This document shows, piece after piece, positions 24,908 through 37,284 of a stretch of DNA of 64,000 nucleotides. The notes under the pieces are model-generated. The model saw only the letters and a list, made by a program, of their open reading frames with translations, searched no databases and had not been told where the DNA came from. Source of the DNA: Squalus acanthias (taxonomy: Eukaryota); assembly GCA_030390025.1 (NCBI GenBank), contig JASTWF010000036.1, positions 3,350,001 to 3,414,000 of the forward strand. Reading direction: 5' to 3'. Position numbers and translations under genes: made by a program. How positions within the stretch are numbered: position 1 is the first letter of the stretch; every line of letters begins with the position of its first letter.

Positions 24908-27379
24908 TCGACTGATGGAGCGACCCCTCATGAGAGAAACACTGCAAAGTGTCTGGAGAATGAATTGGCACCTGTTTTTTATGTTTTTTTAATCACAAGG
25001 TGTCCATCAGCTGTTGTGAAGAGTACAATTTATATCACCAGAGTCTGAGTTTCCATTAACATTCAGAGAGTGTTGGCAATCGGAATGGCTCAAATGACAA
25101 AGAAAAATTCATTGGCATCCTATGGCATTAGTTGCTATTTTCTGTACTGTAGACTCTATGTAATTCTATGATGAAGTGTCTCATCCAGTAGCCCAACAGA
25201 GTTCAAATCCAGACTGTGGATTCAACTGCCAGCCAGAACTGGGATACACTGGTGACCAAACGTACCGCGCCATATGGCGTCTCTTTTCTTTGCTTGCATG
25301 CAAAGAAAAACAGCCTGGCATGACAACGTCATCCCCACGTGTCCACATGGGTCTGTCAGTTGCCATAAACCGTCAGGTCCACCCCCTCGCTGCCATGCAT
25401 TTTGCATGATGCCACCAACGCAAACAGCCTGGCCTTGATTTAGTCAGTGTTGATAAAGGGTCTTCAACATTTTACAACTCCGGGGCCCACTTCGGGCAAA
25501 TGATTTATTTGAGAAATGTGGGAGTTAGCACATCAGTGTTGTAAGCAGCTGTTAAGAGTTACAATGAATTCTTGAAAAATTGACTGGTTATTGAACGTGT
25601 CAGCCTACAAACTACGCTTTTCACAGCCCTGAATCTGACAGTGTATTTCCCGCAATCTGTTCCTTAACTAATTCCCTGTCGAGTGAGGTGTCTCTCAACA
25701 GGACCCCCGGGACAGTCACATTATCTGGGCACAGATGTTTGAAGTAGCCCTTCTAACACTGTCTTCTAAAAGAGAGAGAATTAAAGACTGGCTGCTCCTT
25801 CTCACTGCATCCCAAGGGAATGTCTATTGGGAAGGATCCAGGGAACTGGATAATCAATCCAGCTGATCCGTATGGAAAGTCCCCAGAATACACCGAGGTA
25901 AATTGCTCTTCTCTAAACGTGGCCTTTGGTTGGGTGGAAAGCCAGCCAAGAAAATAATCTTTACATTCTGAAAAAAGATGTTTAAAAGGGGAACGTTGTG
26001 GAGGCAGATGGATAGAAGTTAAACTCCACCTCGTTTATACAGTATTGCACATAGCAACAGCACAAACAAAACAGCATTCAGTGAATACGGTCACAGACAG
26101 CCAAAAGAAATGTCACATAAAAGGGAATGAGATAGTTTGAAAAGGAAAAGAGCAGAATTGGAGGCATAAGAATTAGCCTCAAAGGAGGTGGGGACAGAAC
26201 AACCAAACAGGGTTCCCCTTGTTGCCGACTAAACCCTACAAGTGTGTGGGTGTCAGGCAAGGGCAGGGTTTGGGCTGGGTTGTGAGACCCCCCGTGGCAA
26301 CACTCACTGTCTCGGCTTATCCGGGAGGGACGGCAGTTTGAGCGAGGGACTGGAGAGGGCTGTTGACACGTTTGGAGCTGTGTCTCGGCCAAAGCCCCTC
26401 CTTCGGGAGGCAAAGTGGAGGAGGGGGGTTAAAAAAGCGACCAACACGGAAAAGCAGCAGAACGAACATATAAACCAAAAAAGGAAATAAGCATAACAGA
26501 GGAAAGAGAAAATAAGGAAACTTTCATTTAAATATTTATAGATGGATGAATGACTCAGAATGCACACCCTACATTCCCAAATTATATATAATTGGACGCC
26601 GTGCAGTCTAACTGACCCTGGGATATTTTTGCAGTGTTTCTAACGGGAGTTAATAAAGTGAGTGACACGTGTTCCTGGAGTCAGTCAAAAATAAATAAGA
26701 CAACCTTCAAATAACTCCGCTCGGTCATCAGCTATGGGAATGAATGCAGTATTACCAAAAATGGGCAGCCGGTCCCCATTAATTCACCAGATTTAATGGG
26801 GCCGAGGGCTCTACAGTTGAAGGGGCTATTTGTCCGTGTTATTGCCCTGTGCAATCGTGGCAGCGCCCTCTGCACGTTAACCCGTTCACAGCTTTGCTTG
26901 AAACCACATTGCGGTGTGTTTGGAAGGATCCCGAGCGCCGCTCTCCTGGCGAATGATTACCTCCCCTTCCAGTTATGCATTAACACTCGAGCAGGCGAGG
27001 TAAGTGTTTGGGAGCAGATGCGTGCTCTTAAATCAGGGTGCGCACTAATTATTTACGAATATTTACTTTATCTCATTGCATTTTGCTATTCTGCTTCGAC
27101 ACCCTTGTGCTGAGCTTCGACAACGTGTGTCAAACGCAGTATCCTCGACGAACTGAAACGTTAAATGTAAAAAAAAAAGTATCCTCCTCTTTCAATTAAC
27201 CCTGCAAAACTATCCCGAACCCTCAAAAGGAATATTCAGCAGTTTGTGTTTTTCCACAAACATTAATTCCATCCAGCAGTACTCATTACAGATACAGCAG
27301 CAATTAAGGTTTTTTCCCAAATTCTTTCAACTTCATCAATAGCGATAATGCTTCATGTCAGTTGTCAAACTTATGTGGA

Positions 27380-28960
27380 GAGCCCCTGCACATAGATACA
27401 TTGCCATGGACCCGATACATGGACATATTCCGAAGGACCCCCTGCACATAGATACACTCCCATGGGCCCCTATACATGGACACATTCCTGGAGACCCCCT
27501 GCACATAGATACATTCCCATGGACCCCTATACATGGACACATTCCTGGGGTCCCCCTGCCCATAGATACACTCCCATGGGCCCCTATACATAGACACATT
27601 CCTGGGGTCCCCCTGCACATAGATACACTCCCATGGGCCCCTATACATAGACACATTCCTGGGGACCAAATGCACATAGATACATTCCCATGGACCCCTG
27701 TACATAGACATATTCCTAAAGACCCCCTGCACATAGAGACACTCCCATGGGCCCTTCTACATAGACACATTCCTGGAGACCCCCTGCACATAGAGACACT
27801 CCCATGGGCCCCTATACATGGACACATTCCTGGAGACCCCCTGCACAAAGAGACACTCCCATGGGCCCCTATACATGGACACATTCCTGGAGACCCCATG
27901 AACATTGATACACTCCCATGGACCCCTATACATGGACACATTCCTGGGGTCCCCCTGCACATAGATACACTCCCATGGACCCCTATACATAGACACATTC
28001 CTGGAGACCCCATGAACATAGATATATTCCCATGGGCCCCTATACATAGACACATTCCTGGGGTCCCCCTGCACATAGATACACTCCCATGGCCCCCTGT
28101 ACATAGACACATTCCTGGAGACCCCATGAACATACATACACTCCCATGGGCCTCTATACAAGGACATATTCCTGGGGACTCCCTGCACATAGATACACTC
28201 CCATGGACCCCTATACATGGACACATTCCTGGAGACCCCCTGCACATTGATACACTCCCATGGACCCCTATACATAGACGTATTCCTAAGGACCACCTGC
28301 ACGTAGATACACTCTCATGGACCCCAATACATGGACACATTCCTGGAGACCCCCTGCACATAGATACACTCCCATGGGCCCCTGTACATAGACACATTCC
28401 TGGGGACCCCCTGCACATAGATACACTCCCATGGGCCCCTGTACATAGACACATTCCTGGAGACCCCCTGCACATAGATACACTCCCATGGACCCCTATA
28501 CATAGACACATTCCTGGAGAGCCCCTGCACATAGATACACTCCCATGGACCCCTATACATGGACACATTCCTGGAGACCCCCTGCACATAGATACACTCC
28601 CATGGACCCCTATACATGGACACATTCCTGGAGACCCCCTGCACATAGATACACTCCCATGGACCCCTATACATAGACACATTCCTGGAGAGCCCCTGCA
28701 CATAGATACACTCCCATGGACCCCTATACATGGACACATTCCTGGAGACCCCCTGCACATAGATACACTCCCATGGACCCCTATACAGAGACAGATTCCT
28801 GGAGACCAACTGCACATGGATACACTCCCATGGACCCCTATACATAGACAGATTCCTGGAGACCCCCTGCACATAGATACACTCCCATGGACCCCTATAC
28901 ATAGACAGATTCCCGGAGACCCCCTGCACATAGATACACTCCCATGGGTCCCTATACATA
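27380..28960. repeat. 57-bp tandem array, left part (~28 units)
   Basis: Unit CCCCTGCACATAGATACACTCCCATGGACCCCTATACATGGACACATTCCTGGAGAC; 19-aa periodicity in the ORF track. Confidence 0.97.
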
Positions 28961-30030
28961 GAAACACAGAAACATAGAAGATAGGAGCAGGAGTAGGCCA
29001 TTCGGCCCCTCAAGCCTGCTCCGCCATTCAATGCGATCATGGCTGATCATCCAAATTCAGTACCCTGACCCTGCTTTCTTCCCATATCCCTTGATCCCCT
29101 TAGCCTTAAGAAATATATCTAACTCCTTCTTGAATATATTTAATGAATTGGACTCAACTGTCTTCTGTAGTAGAGAATTCCACAGGTTCACCACTCTCTG
29201 GGTGAAGAAATTCCTCCTCATCTCAGTCCTAAATGGCTTACCCCTTATCTTTAGACTGTGACCCCTGGTTCTGGACTCCCCCGCCATCGGGAACATCCTT
29301 CCTGCACCTAGTCTGTCTAGTCCTGTTAGAATTTTATAAGTTTCAATGAGATCCCCTCTCATTCTTCTAAACTCTAGCGAATACAAGCCCAATCGACCCA
29401 ATCTCTCTTCATACGTCATTCCTGCCATCCCAGGTATCAGTCTGGTGAGTCTTCGCTGCACTCCCTCCATGGCAAGAACATCCTTCCTCAGATAAGGCGA
29501 CCAAAACTGCACACAATACTCAAGGTGTGGTCTCACCAAGGCCCTGTACAACTGCAGCAAGACATCCTTGCTCCTGTACTCGAATCCTCTCGCTATGAAA
29601 GCCAACATACCATTTGCCTTCTTAACCGCCTGCTGCACCTGTATGCTTACCTTCAGCGACTGGTGCACAAGGACACCCAGGTCTCGTTGCACTTCCCCTT
29701 TTCCCAATCTATTGCCGTTCAGATAATAATCTGCCTTCCTGTTTTTGCCACCAAAGTGGATAACCTCGCATTTATCCACGTTATACTGCATCTGCCATGC
29801 ATCTGCCCAATCACCCAACCTGTCCAAATCATACTGGAGTTTCTCTGCATCCTCCTCACAGCACACACGCCCACCCAGCTTTGTGTCGTCTGCAAACTTG
29901 GAGATATTACATCTAGTTCCCTCGTCTAGATCATTAATATATATTGTGAATAACTGGGGTCCTAGCACCGATCCCTGCGGTACCCCACTAGTCACTGCCT
30001 GCCACTCAGAAAAAGACCCGTTTATTCCAA
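28957..30030 (-). mobile_element. CR1 LINE 3' fragment inserted in the 57-bp array
   Basis: Open RT C-terminal frame (GINGSFSEWQ...GSGY), 3'UTR and CATAGAAA-type terminal repeats. Confidence 0.95.
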
Positions 30031-32440
30031 CTCCCATGGACCCCTGTACATAGACACATTCCTGGAGACCCCCTGCACATAGATACACTCCCATGGGCCC
30101 CTATACATAGACCCATTCCTGGAGACCCCCTGCATATAGATACACTCTCATGGGCCCCTATACATAGACACATTCCTCGAGACCAACTGCACATAGATAC
30201 ACTCCCATGGACCCCTATACATGGACACATTCCTGGAGACCCCCTGCACATAGATACACTCCCATGGACCCCTATACATGGACACATTCCTGGTGATCCC
30301 CTGCACATAGATACATTCCCATGGACCCCTATACATGGACACATTCCTGCATAGACACATTCCTGGGGACCCCCTGCACATAGATACTCTCCCATGGGCC
30401 CCTATACATAGACACATTCCTGCATAGACACATTCCTAGGGACCCCCTGCACATAGATACACTCCCATGGGCCCGTATACATAGACCCATTCCTGGAGAC
30501 CCCCTGCATATAGATACACTCTCATGGACCCCTATACATAGACACATTCCTGGAGACTCCCTGTACATAGATACACTCCCATGGGCCCCTATACATGGAC
30601 ACATTCCTGGAGACTCCCTGTACATAGATACACTCCCATGGACCCCTATACATGGACACATTCCTGGAGACCCCCTGCACATAGATACACTCCCATGGAC
30701 CCCTATACATGGACACATTCCTGGTGATCCCCTGCACATAGATACATTCCCATGGACCCCTATACATGGACACATTCCTGCATAGACACATTCCTGGGGA
30801 CCCCCTGCACATAGATACTCTCCCATGGGCCCCTATACATAGACACATTCCTGCATAGACACATTCCTAGGGACCCCCTGCACATAGATACACTCCCATG
30901 GGCCCGTATACATAGACCCATTCCTGGAGACCCCCTGCATATAGATACACTCTCATGGACCCCTATACATGGACACATTCCTGGAGACTCCCTGTACATA
31001 GATACACTCCCATGGACCCCTGTACATGAAAACATTCCTGGAGACCCCCTGCACATAGATACACTCCCATGGGCCCCTATACATAGACCCATTCCTGGAG
31101 ACCCCCTGCATATAGATACACTCCCATGGACCCCTATACATGGACACATTCCTGGAGACCCCCTGCATATAGATACACTCCCATGGACCCCTATACATGG
31201 ACACATTCCTGGAGACCCCCTGCACATAGATACACTCCCATGGGCCCCTATACATAGACACATTCCTGGAGACCCCCTGCACATAGATACACTCCCATGG
31301 GCCCCTGTACATAGACACATTCCTGGGGACCCCCTGCACATAGATACACTCCCATGGGCCCCTGTACATGAAAACATTCCTGGAGACCCCCTGCACATAG
31401 ATACACTCCCATGGGCCCCTATACATAGACCCATTCCTGGAGACCCCCTGCATATAGATACACTCTCATGGACCCCTATACATGGACACATTCCTGGAGA
31501 TCCCCTGTACATAGATACACTCCCATGGGCCCCTATACATAGACACATTCCTCGAGACCAACTGCACATAGATACACTCCCATGGACCCCTATACATGGA
31601 CACATTCCTGGAGACCCCCTGCACATAGATACACTCCCATGGACCCCTATACATGGACACATTCCTGGTGATCCCCTGCACATAGATACTCTCCCATGGG
31701 CCCCTATACATAGACACATTCCGGCATAGACACATTCCTAGGGACCCCCTGCACATAGATACACTCCCATGGGCCCGTATACATAGACCCATTCCTGGAG
31801 ACCCCCTGCATATAGATACACTCTCATGGACCCCTATACATGGACACATTCCTGGAGACTCCCTGTACATAGATACACTCCCATGGGCCCCTATACATGG
31901 ACACATTCCTGGAGACCCCCTGCACATAGATACACCCCCATGGACCCCTATACATGGACACATTCCTGGTGATCCCCTGCACATAGATACATTCCCATGG
32001 ACCCCTATACATGGACACATTCCTGCATAGACACATTCCTGGGGACCCCCTGCACATAGATACTCTCCCATGGGCCCCTATACATAGACACATTCCTGCA
32101 TAGACACATTCCTAGGGACCCCCTGCACATAGATACACTCTCATGGACCCCTATACATCGACACATTCCTGGAGACCCCCTGCACATAGAAACACTCCCA
32201 TGGACCCCTATACATGGACACATTCCTGGGGACCCCCTTCACATAGAAAAACTCCCATGGACCCCTATACATGGACACATTCCTGGAGACCCCCTTCACA
32301 TAGATACACTCCCATGGGCCCCTATACATGGACACATTCCTGGAGACCCCCTGCACATAGATACACTCCCATGGACCCCTATACATGGACACATTCCTGG
32401 AGACCAACTGCACATAGATACACTCCCACGGGCCCCTGTA
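30030..32440. repeat. 57-bp tandem array, right part (~42 units) with 16-bp variant units and higher-order repeats
   Basis: Same unit plus GCATAGACACATTCCT inserts; identical ORF starts recur 431 bp apart (30395/30826, 30417/30848). Confidence 0.97.
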
Positions 32441-32654
32441 TGTTGCTTGTATCTGAGAAACATCTTAATAGTCAGGTCACAAGATTTCTCACTTATCAAC
32501 TGAACTCACTGCCCAGAAAACAACATCCTTTTAATATGTCACCTCATTAGCATTCAGATCAACCATGATCTCATTGAATGGCAGAGCAGGCTTGAGGGGC
32601 TGAATGACCTACTCCTGTTCCTATTAAAACCACCCTGGTTGCTTCCTATGAACC

Positions 32655-33817
32655 TCCAGACTTGACTATTCCAATGCTCTCCTAGCCGGCCTCCTATCTT
32701 CCACCCACCATCCAAATCTTTGCTGCCCATATCCTAACCCACACCAAGTCCCGTTCACCCATCACCTCTGTGCTTGCTGACCTACATTGGCTCCCAATCC
32801 ACCAACTTTTAAAATTCTCCTCCTCACGTTCAAATCCCTCCATGGCCTTGCCCCTCTCTATCTTTGTAACCTCCTCCAGCTCTACAATCGTCAAAGACCT
32901 CTGAGTTCCTCCAACTCTGGCCTCTTTTGCATTCCCCACTCCTTTCACCCCACCATTGGCGGCCGTGCCTTCAGCGGTCTAAACCGTAAGCTCTGGAATT
33001 CCCTCCCTAAACCTCTGCACCTCTCTCTCGTTTAAGACCCTACTTGAAACCCACCTCTTTAAGCTTTTAGTCACTCATCCTAATATCTTTTTCTTTGGCT
33101 CAGTGTTAATTTTTTATCTGATTACGCTCCGGTGAAGCACCTTGGGATGTTTTCCTATGTTATTCCTCTCCATCACCAAGACTACCTCTGTAACATCGCC
33201 CGTCTCCACCCCTGCCTCAGCTCATCTGCTGCTGAAACCCTCATCCACGCCTTTGTTACTTCCAGACTCGACTATTCCAATGCTCTCCTAACCGGCCTCC
33301 CATCTTGCACCCTCTGTAAACATGAGCTCATCCAAAACTCTGCTGCCCGTGTCCTAACCCGCACCAAGTCCCGTTCACCCTGTGCTCGCTGACCAACATT
33401 GGTTCCCGGTCCGACAACGCCTCGATTTCAAAATTCTCATCCTTGTTTTCAAATCCGTCCATGGCCTCGCCCCTCCCTATCTCTGTAACCTCCTCTAGCC
33501 CTACAACCCCCGAGATCTCTGCGCTCCTCTAATTCTGGTCTTTTGCACATCCCCGATTTTAATCGCTCCACCATTGGTGGCCGTGCCTTCAGCTGCCTGG
33601 GCCCGAAACTCTGGAATTCCCTCCCTAAACCTCTCCGCCTCTCTACCCTCCTTTAAGACGCTCCTTAAAACCTACCTCTTTAACCAAGCTTTTGGTCACC
33701 TGTCCTAATATCTCCTCATGTGGCTCGGTGTCAAATTTTGTTTGATAATCGCTCCTGTGAAGCGCCTTGGGACGTTTCCCTATGTTAAAGGCGCTGTATA
33801 AATACACGTTGTTGTTA
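32655..33817 (+). mobile_element. Two tandem L2 3' fragments
   Basis: Match to the 63.4-64 kb L2 end; (GTT)n tail at ~33810. Confidence 0.88.
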
Positions 33818-34866
33818 CAATAAAAGTCCAGCTGTTAAGATTTAAGTTTTTTTTTAACTTAAACTTTGAATGGTCAACTTGGGTTATATTATCCAAATTA
33901 TGCATTATGTCTTTGGTTATTTGCATGGCGATAAATATTGTAAATATGAATTTCTTGCACGCCTGCCTCCCAGCTCAATCATCCTGAAATTAGACCAACC
34001 TCAGTTCTGGCATTGTCAATTAGTTGTGGAATTGTTTGGCTGCAATAGATTCTGTCAAGCACTCTTAAATAATTCATGAGTTGTTCCCACCAAGACAGCC
34101 CGGTTTTAAAGCAGAAAGCGATTGGAGGGTTGAGGCTGCCAAAGGCAGCTCCTGCAGGTTGGGGTCGATGGGCGAGACAGCCCAGCCCTCACTGCACCGA
34201 CCTTTTAACTTTCACCAAACAATGCTTTGTTCACTTCAAGCCGCCCGAAAGATCCGACGCATTTATACATTAAGTGCAATGAATAAATCACCACCTGAAT
34301 ATTGTGTTGCCCGAACCCAACCTTCAAGTTGCACTACAATCACTGACTGACATGCCGGAACCCCTCCTGCACCTTGCAACACTTCACGAGTCCTCTGGTT
34401 GCCGTTACATGTACAAGAACACTACCGTTAGTTAAAAAACGTACAAAAAAAGTGGACATGCTTCGCTGGAAGGATGGTGAGAAATAATTCATTTCTTGAT
34501 AGTATTGGGTTTCTGCTTTCAATATTCCAGCAAGGGTTAAGGATACAAGATTTGAGTTGACGTGCCCAGAAGTGCAGGCATTGCCTTTTTTGGATGCTCC
34601 CAAAGAGATACATATATTTTTTTTAAAAACAACAAAAAAGTTGACATTAAGACAAATGAGTTGTTCAAAAATATTCCATTCCGTTAATCTGGCGAACGTC
34701 ACGTCTGCGTAAGTGTCTCCCGTAAATATCATCCTCTACTGCTTCCCCCACCCCAGTATTGCAATTCACAATAGTTGATCAATTTGCACTTTCCTCTCTC
34801 TCCCGAACCTCACCGTGGGGACACCGGCCCGGATAAGAGACGCGACAGAGTCAATTTCCAACTCAC

Positions 34867-35039
34867 CAGGTCTGTGCGTCCGGGCTGGTCTGTTTGTGCA
34901 AAGCCACCGAAAATCCAAACAAACTCCCTCTCTCGCCTTCCTTTGCGATCGTGTTGGTTGTCTCCAGATTAAACGCCGAGCCCCGGGCTGCCAAGAGCAG
35001 GCAACACACGCACAGGAGAGATGTCATTTCTGTAGTCAT
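34867..35039 (-). CDS. ITGA7: Integrin alpha-7, coding part of exon 1 (signal peptide and start of the beta-propeller)
   Basis: Manual translation gives [57 protein letters not shown](W). The 173 nt end at TG|GTGAGT (phase-2 donor). FNLx..[18 protein letters not shown]..W matches the ITGA3/6/7 mature N-terminus and is closest to ITGA7. The divergent BLOC1S1 neighbour supports ITGA7. Confidence 0.92.
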
Positions 35040-35164
35040 GTCTCTGGTGCAGGAGAAGCCGTTTCCCAGCCTGACAGAGAGGCGCTGAGTCTGTGTGCGA
35101 CCTCGTGTTTACAGGAGGCGAAATGCACCGCTGCCACTTTATTGAACACTGCAAGTGTGAGTGA

Positions 35165-35210
<46 letters not shown>

Positions 35211-35230
35211 GTCTCTCACTGAAGTCCGAC
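35040..35230 (-). promoter_or_regulatory. ITGA7 5'UTR / proximal promoter with compound (CT)n(CA)n microsatellite
   Basis: Lies directly upstream of the ITGA7 ATG; microsatellite at ~35172-35210; CpG-enriched 34800-35130. Confidence 0.5.
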
Positions 35231-36209
35231 AGGCTTCCAGTAACCCTTTCACACCTCACCAGATTATTTTAGATGTGAAAGCCCACGAACAAACATGCTT
35301 AACAAATTAACACCAAGTACAGTATTGCACAAGGTAATTATAACAAACTGTTAGGACAGATCCTTATTTATAGCACACTGAACTCTGGAAAATGGAAATG
35401 CCTCAAGCTGCTGTTATTTTTGGAGATGGTGTACAGTTTATGCAATGGGAAAGTCTGAATTACTTATATTTATGACAGAAAAACACTTAAATATTTTCCT
35501 ACATTCAGTGATTTAAGTGTTGAAATATCAGAGGGAACAGGACTGCACTAGAATCTGGTCCACCTAATGCTGAAACCGTGACAGAGTGAGTGGCTCTCCT
35601 ATTTCAAAAAGATTATATTTAAGTTAGATGTCATGGAGTTAGTCTCAATCTCCAGGCCTGTGACCCGTGACCTCTGCCAGTATAATGCGCTTCCTTTAAA
35701 AGGAACGTGAACAGTTGTGATCTAACCAATACCACTCTGCAATCCATACCATCGCAGCTCAGTGAAGGCTCTCATACACATAATGATGCGCTCAGATTCA
35801 ATCCCTGGTCAGTACTTAGTTAGCTGATCTGAGCTGAGGCAGCAGTTGGGAGCTACAATTGTCTGCACCCTCCCTGGATTTATAGGGGTTAAAAGCAACC
35901 AAGGTTCCTGTCCCTGAACACAAGCCAATGACCTCTGCTCGAAAGTGCATGTGTGTGGACATGATCGGGCTCAGCTGTTATGCTGCCCTCACTATCGAGG
36001 GTGCAAATTGATGAATGACCACTTAGGTAAAGCAGTGGAAGGCGGTCTACACCTGTGAGACTGTCGCCAAAGAGCATTCAGGGGAGGAGAAGGGGAAACA
36101 GGGATAGTGAGTGAAGATTCCAGCCAATGGTTTTTAAAAGACAACATTTTGTATAGGGGTAAGTTCCAGAATTAGCCTGAAAAGATTCCTCACTAATTAA
36201 TTTATAAAA

Positions 36210-36830
36210 AAAAGAACTTGCATTTGCCTTTCACGACCTCAGGACGTCCCAAAGCACTTTACAGCCAATGAAGTATATCGCCGATCCTTCATCGTCGCTG
36301 GGTCAAAATCCTGGAACTCCCTCCCTAACAGCACTGTGGGAGTACCTTCACCACACGGACTGCAGCGGTTCAAGAAGGCGGCTCACCACCACCTTCTCAA
36401 GGGCAGCTGGGGATGGGCAATAAATGTTGGCCTTGCCAGCGACGCCCAGATCCCATAAAACGAATTTTTTAAAAAGTACTTTTTTGCTGTAATGTAGGAA
36501 ATGCGGCAGCCAATTGCACACAGCAAGGTCCCACAAACAGCAATGTGATAATGACCAAATCATCTGCTTTCGGTGTTGAGGGATAAATATTGGCCAGGAC
36601 ACCGGGGAGAACTCCACTGCTCTTCTTCGAAGTAGTGCCATGGGATCTGAGAAGGCAGACGGGGCCTCGGTTTAACGTCTCATCCGAAAGACGGCACCTC
36701 TGACAGTGCAACACTCCCTCAGTACTGCACTGGAGTGTCAGCCTAGATTTTACGCTCAAGTCTCTGGAGTGGGGCTTGAACCCACAACCTTTTGTCTCAG
36801 AGGCGAGACTGCTTCCCACTGAACCACAGT
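36210..36830 (-). mobile_element. Deu-domain tRNA-SINE interrupted by a LINE 3' end (36276-36473)
   Basis: The SINE is continuous across the insert; AAGTA duplicated at 36271-36275 and 36474-36478. Confidence 0.88.
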
Positions 36831-37284
36831 GGACAGTTATCGAAGGTCCCTTTTTTTAAAAAAAGTCAAATTTCCAGGACTTCTCAATAGAATCTTGCAC
36901 AAGATCTTATTTAGCGCCTAAACTGTAAAGCAGCTGCAGAGATAGAGGCCAAGTTAATCCCTTTGAAACACAAAGATATTTGGCAGTGGCAGGTATTGTG
37001 GCAATTCATGATGGTCAGGACTTACCATTGATGTATGATGACACCCGCATTGAAGGGTTAACAATTGTGATAGAAGATCCCTTGATGGCCCAGTGGACAA
37101 ACATGCACCTCTCAATAGTATGAAGCCATACAGGCAAGTAGGTGCTAGGTTCTGTTCTTGGTCTATGGGGAGTTAGCTGATCACAGTTGGATACCACAAT
37201 TAGCTTCAGCATCCCTAAGCTAGGAAGGGGGAAACTCAGCCAGAGTTCCCACTCCTGATGGTTATGCAGTTGAGAATTGCTAAT

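Noticed and set aside
27336..28977. 540- and 543-aa ORFs on opposite strands
   Set aside because: These are translations of the 57-bp (19-codon) tandem unit, which lacks stops in those frames. The frame is broken by the CR1 and by 16-bp units, and there is no domain similarity.
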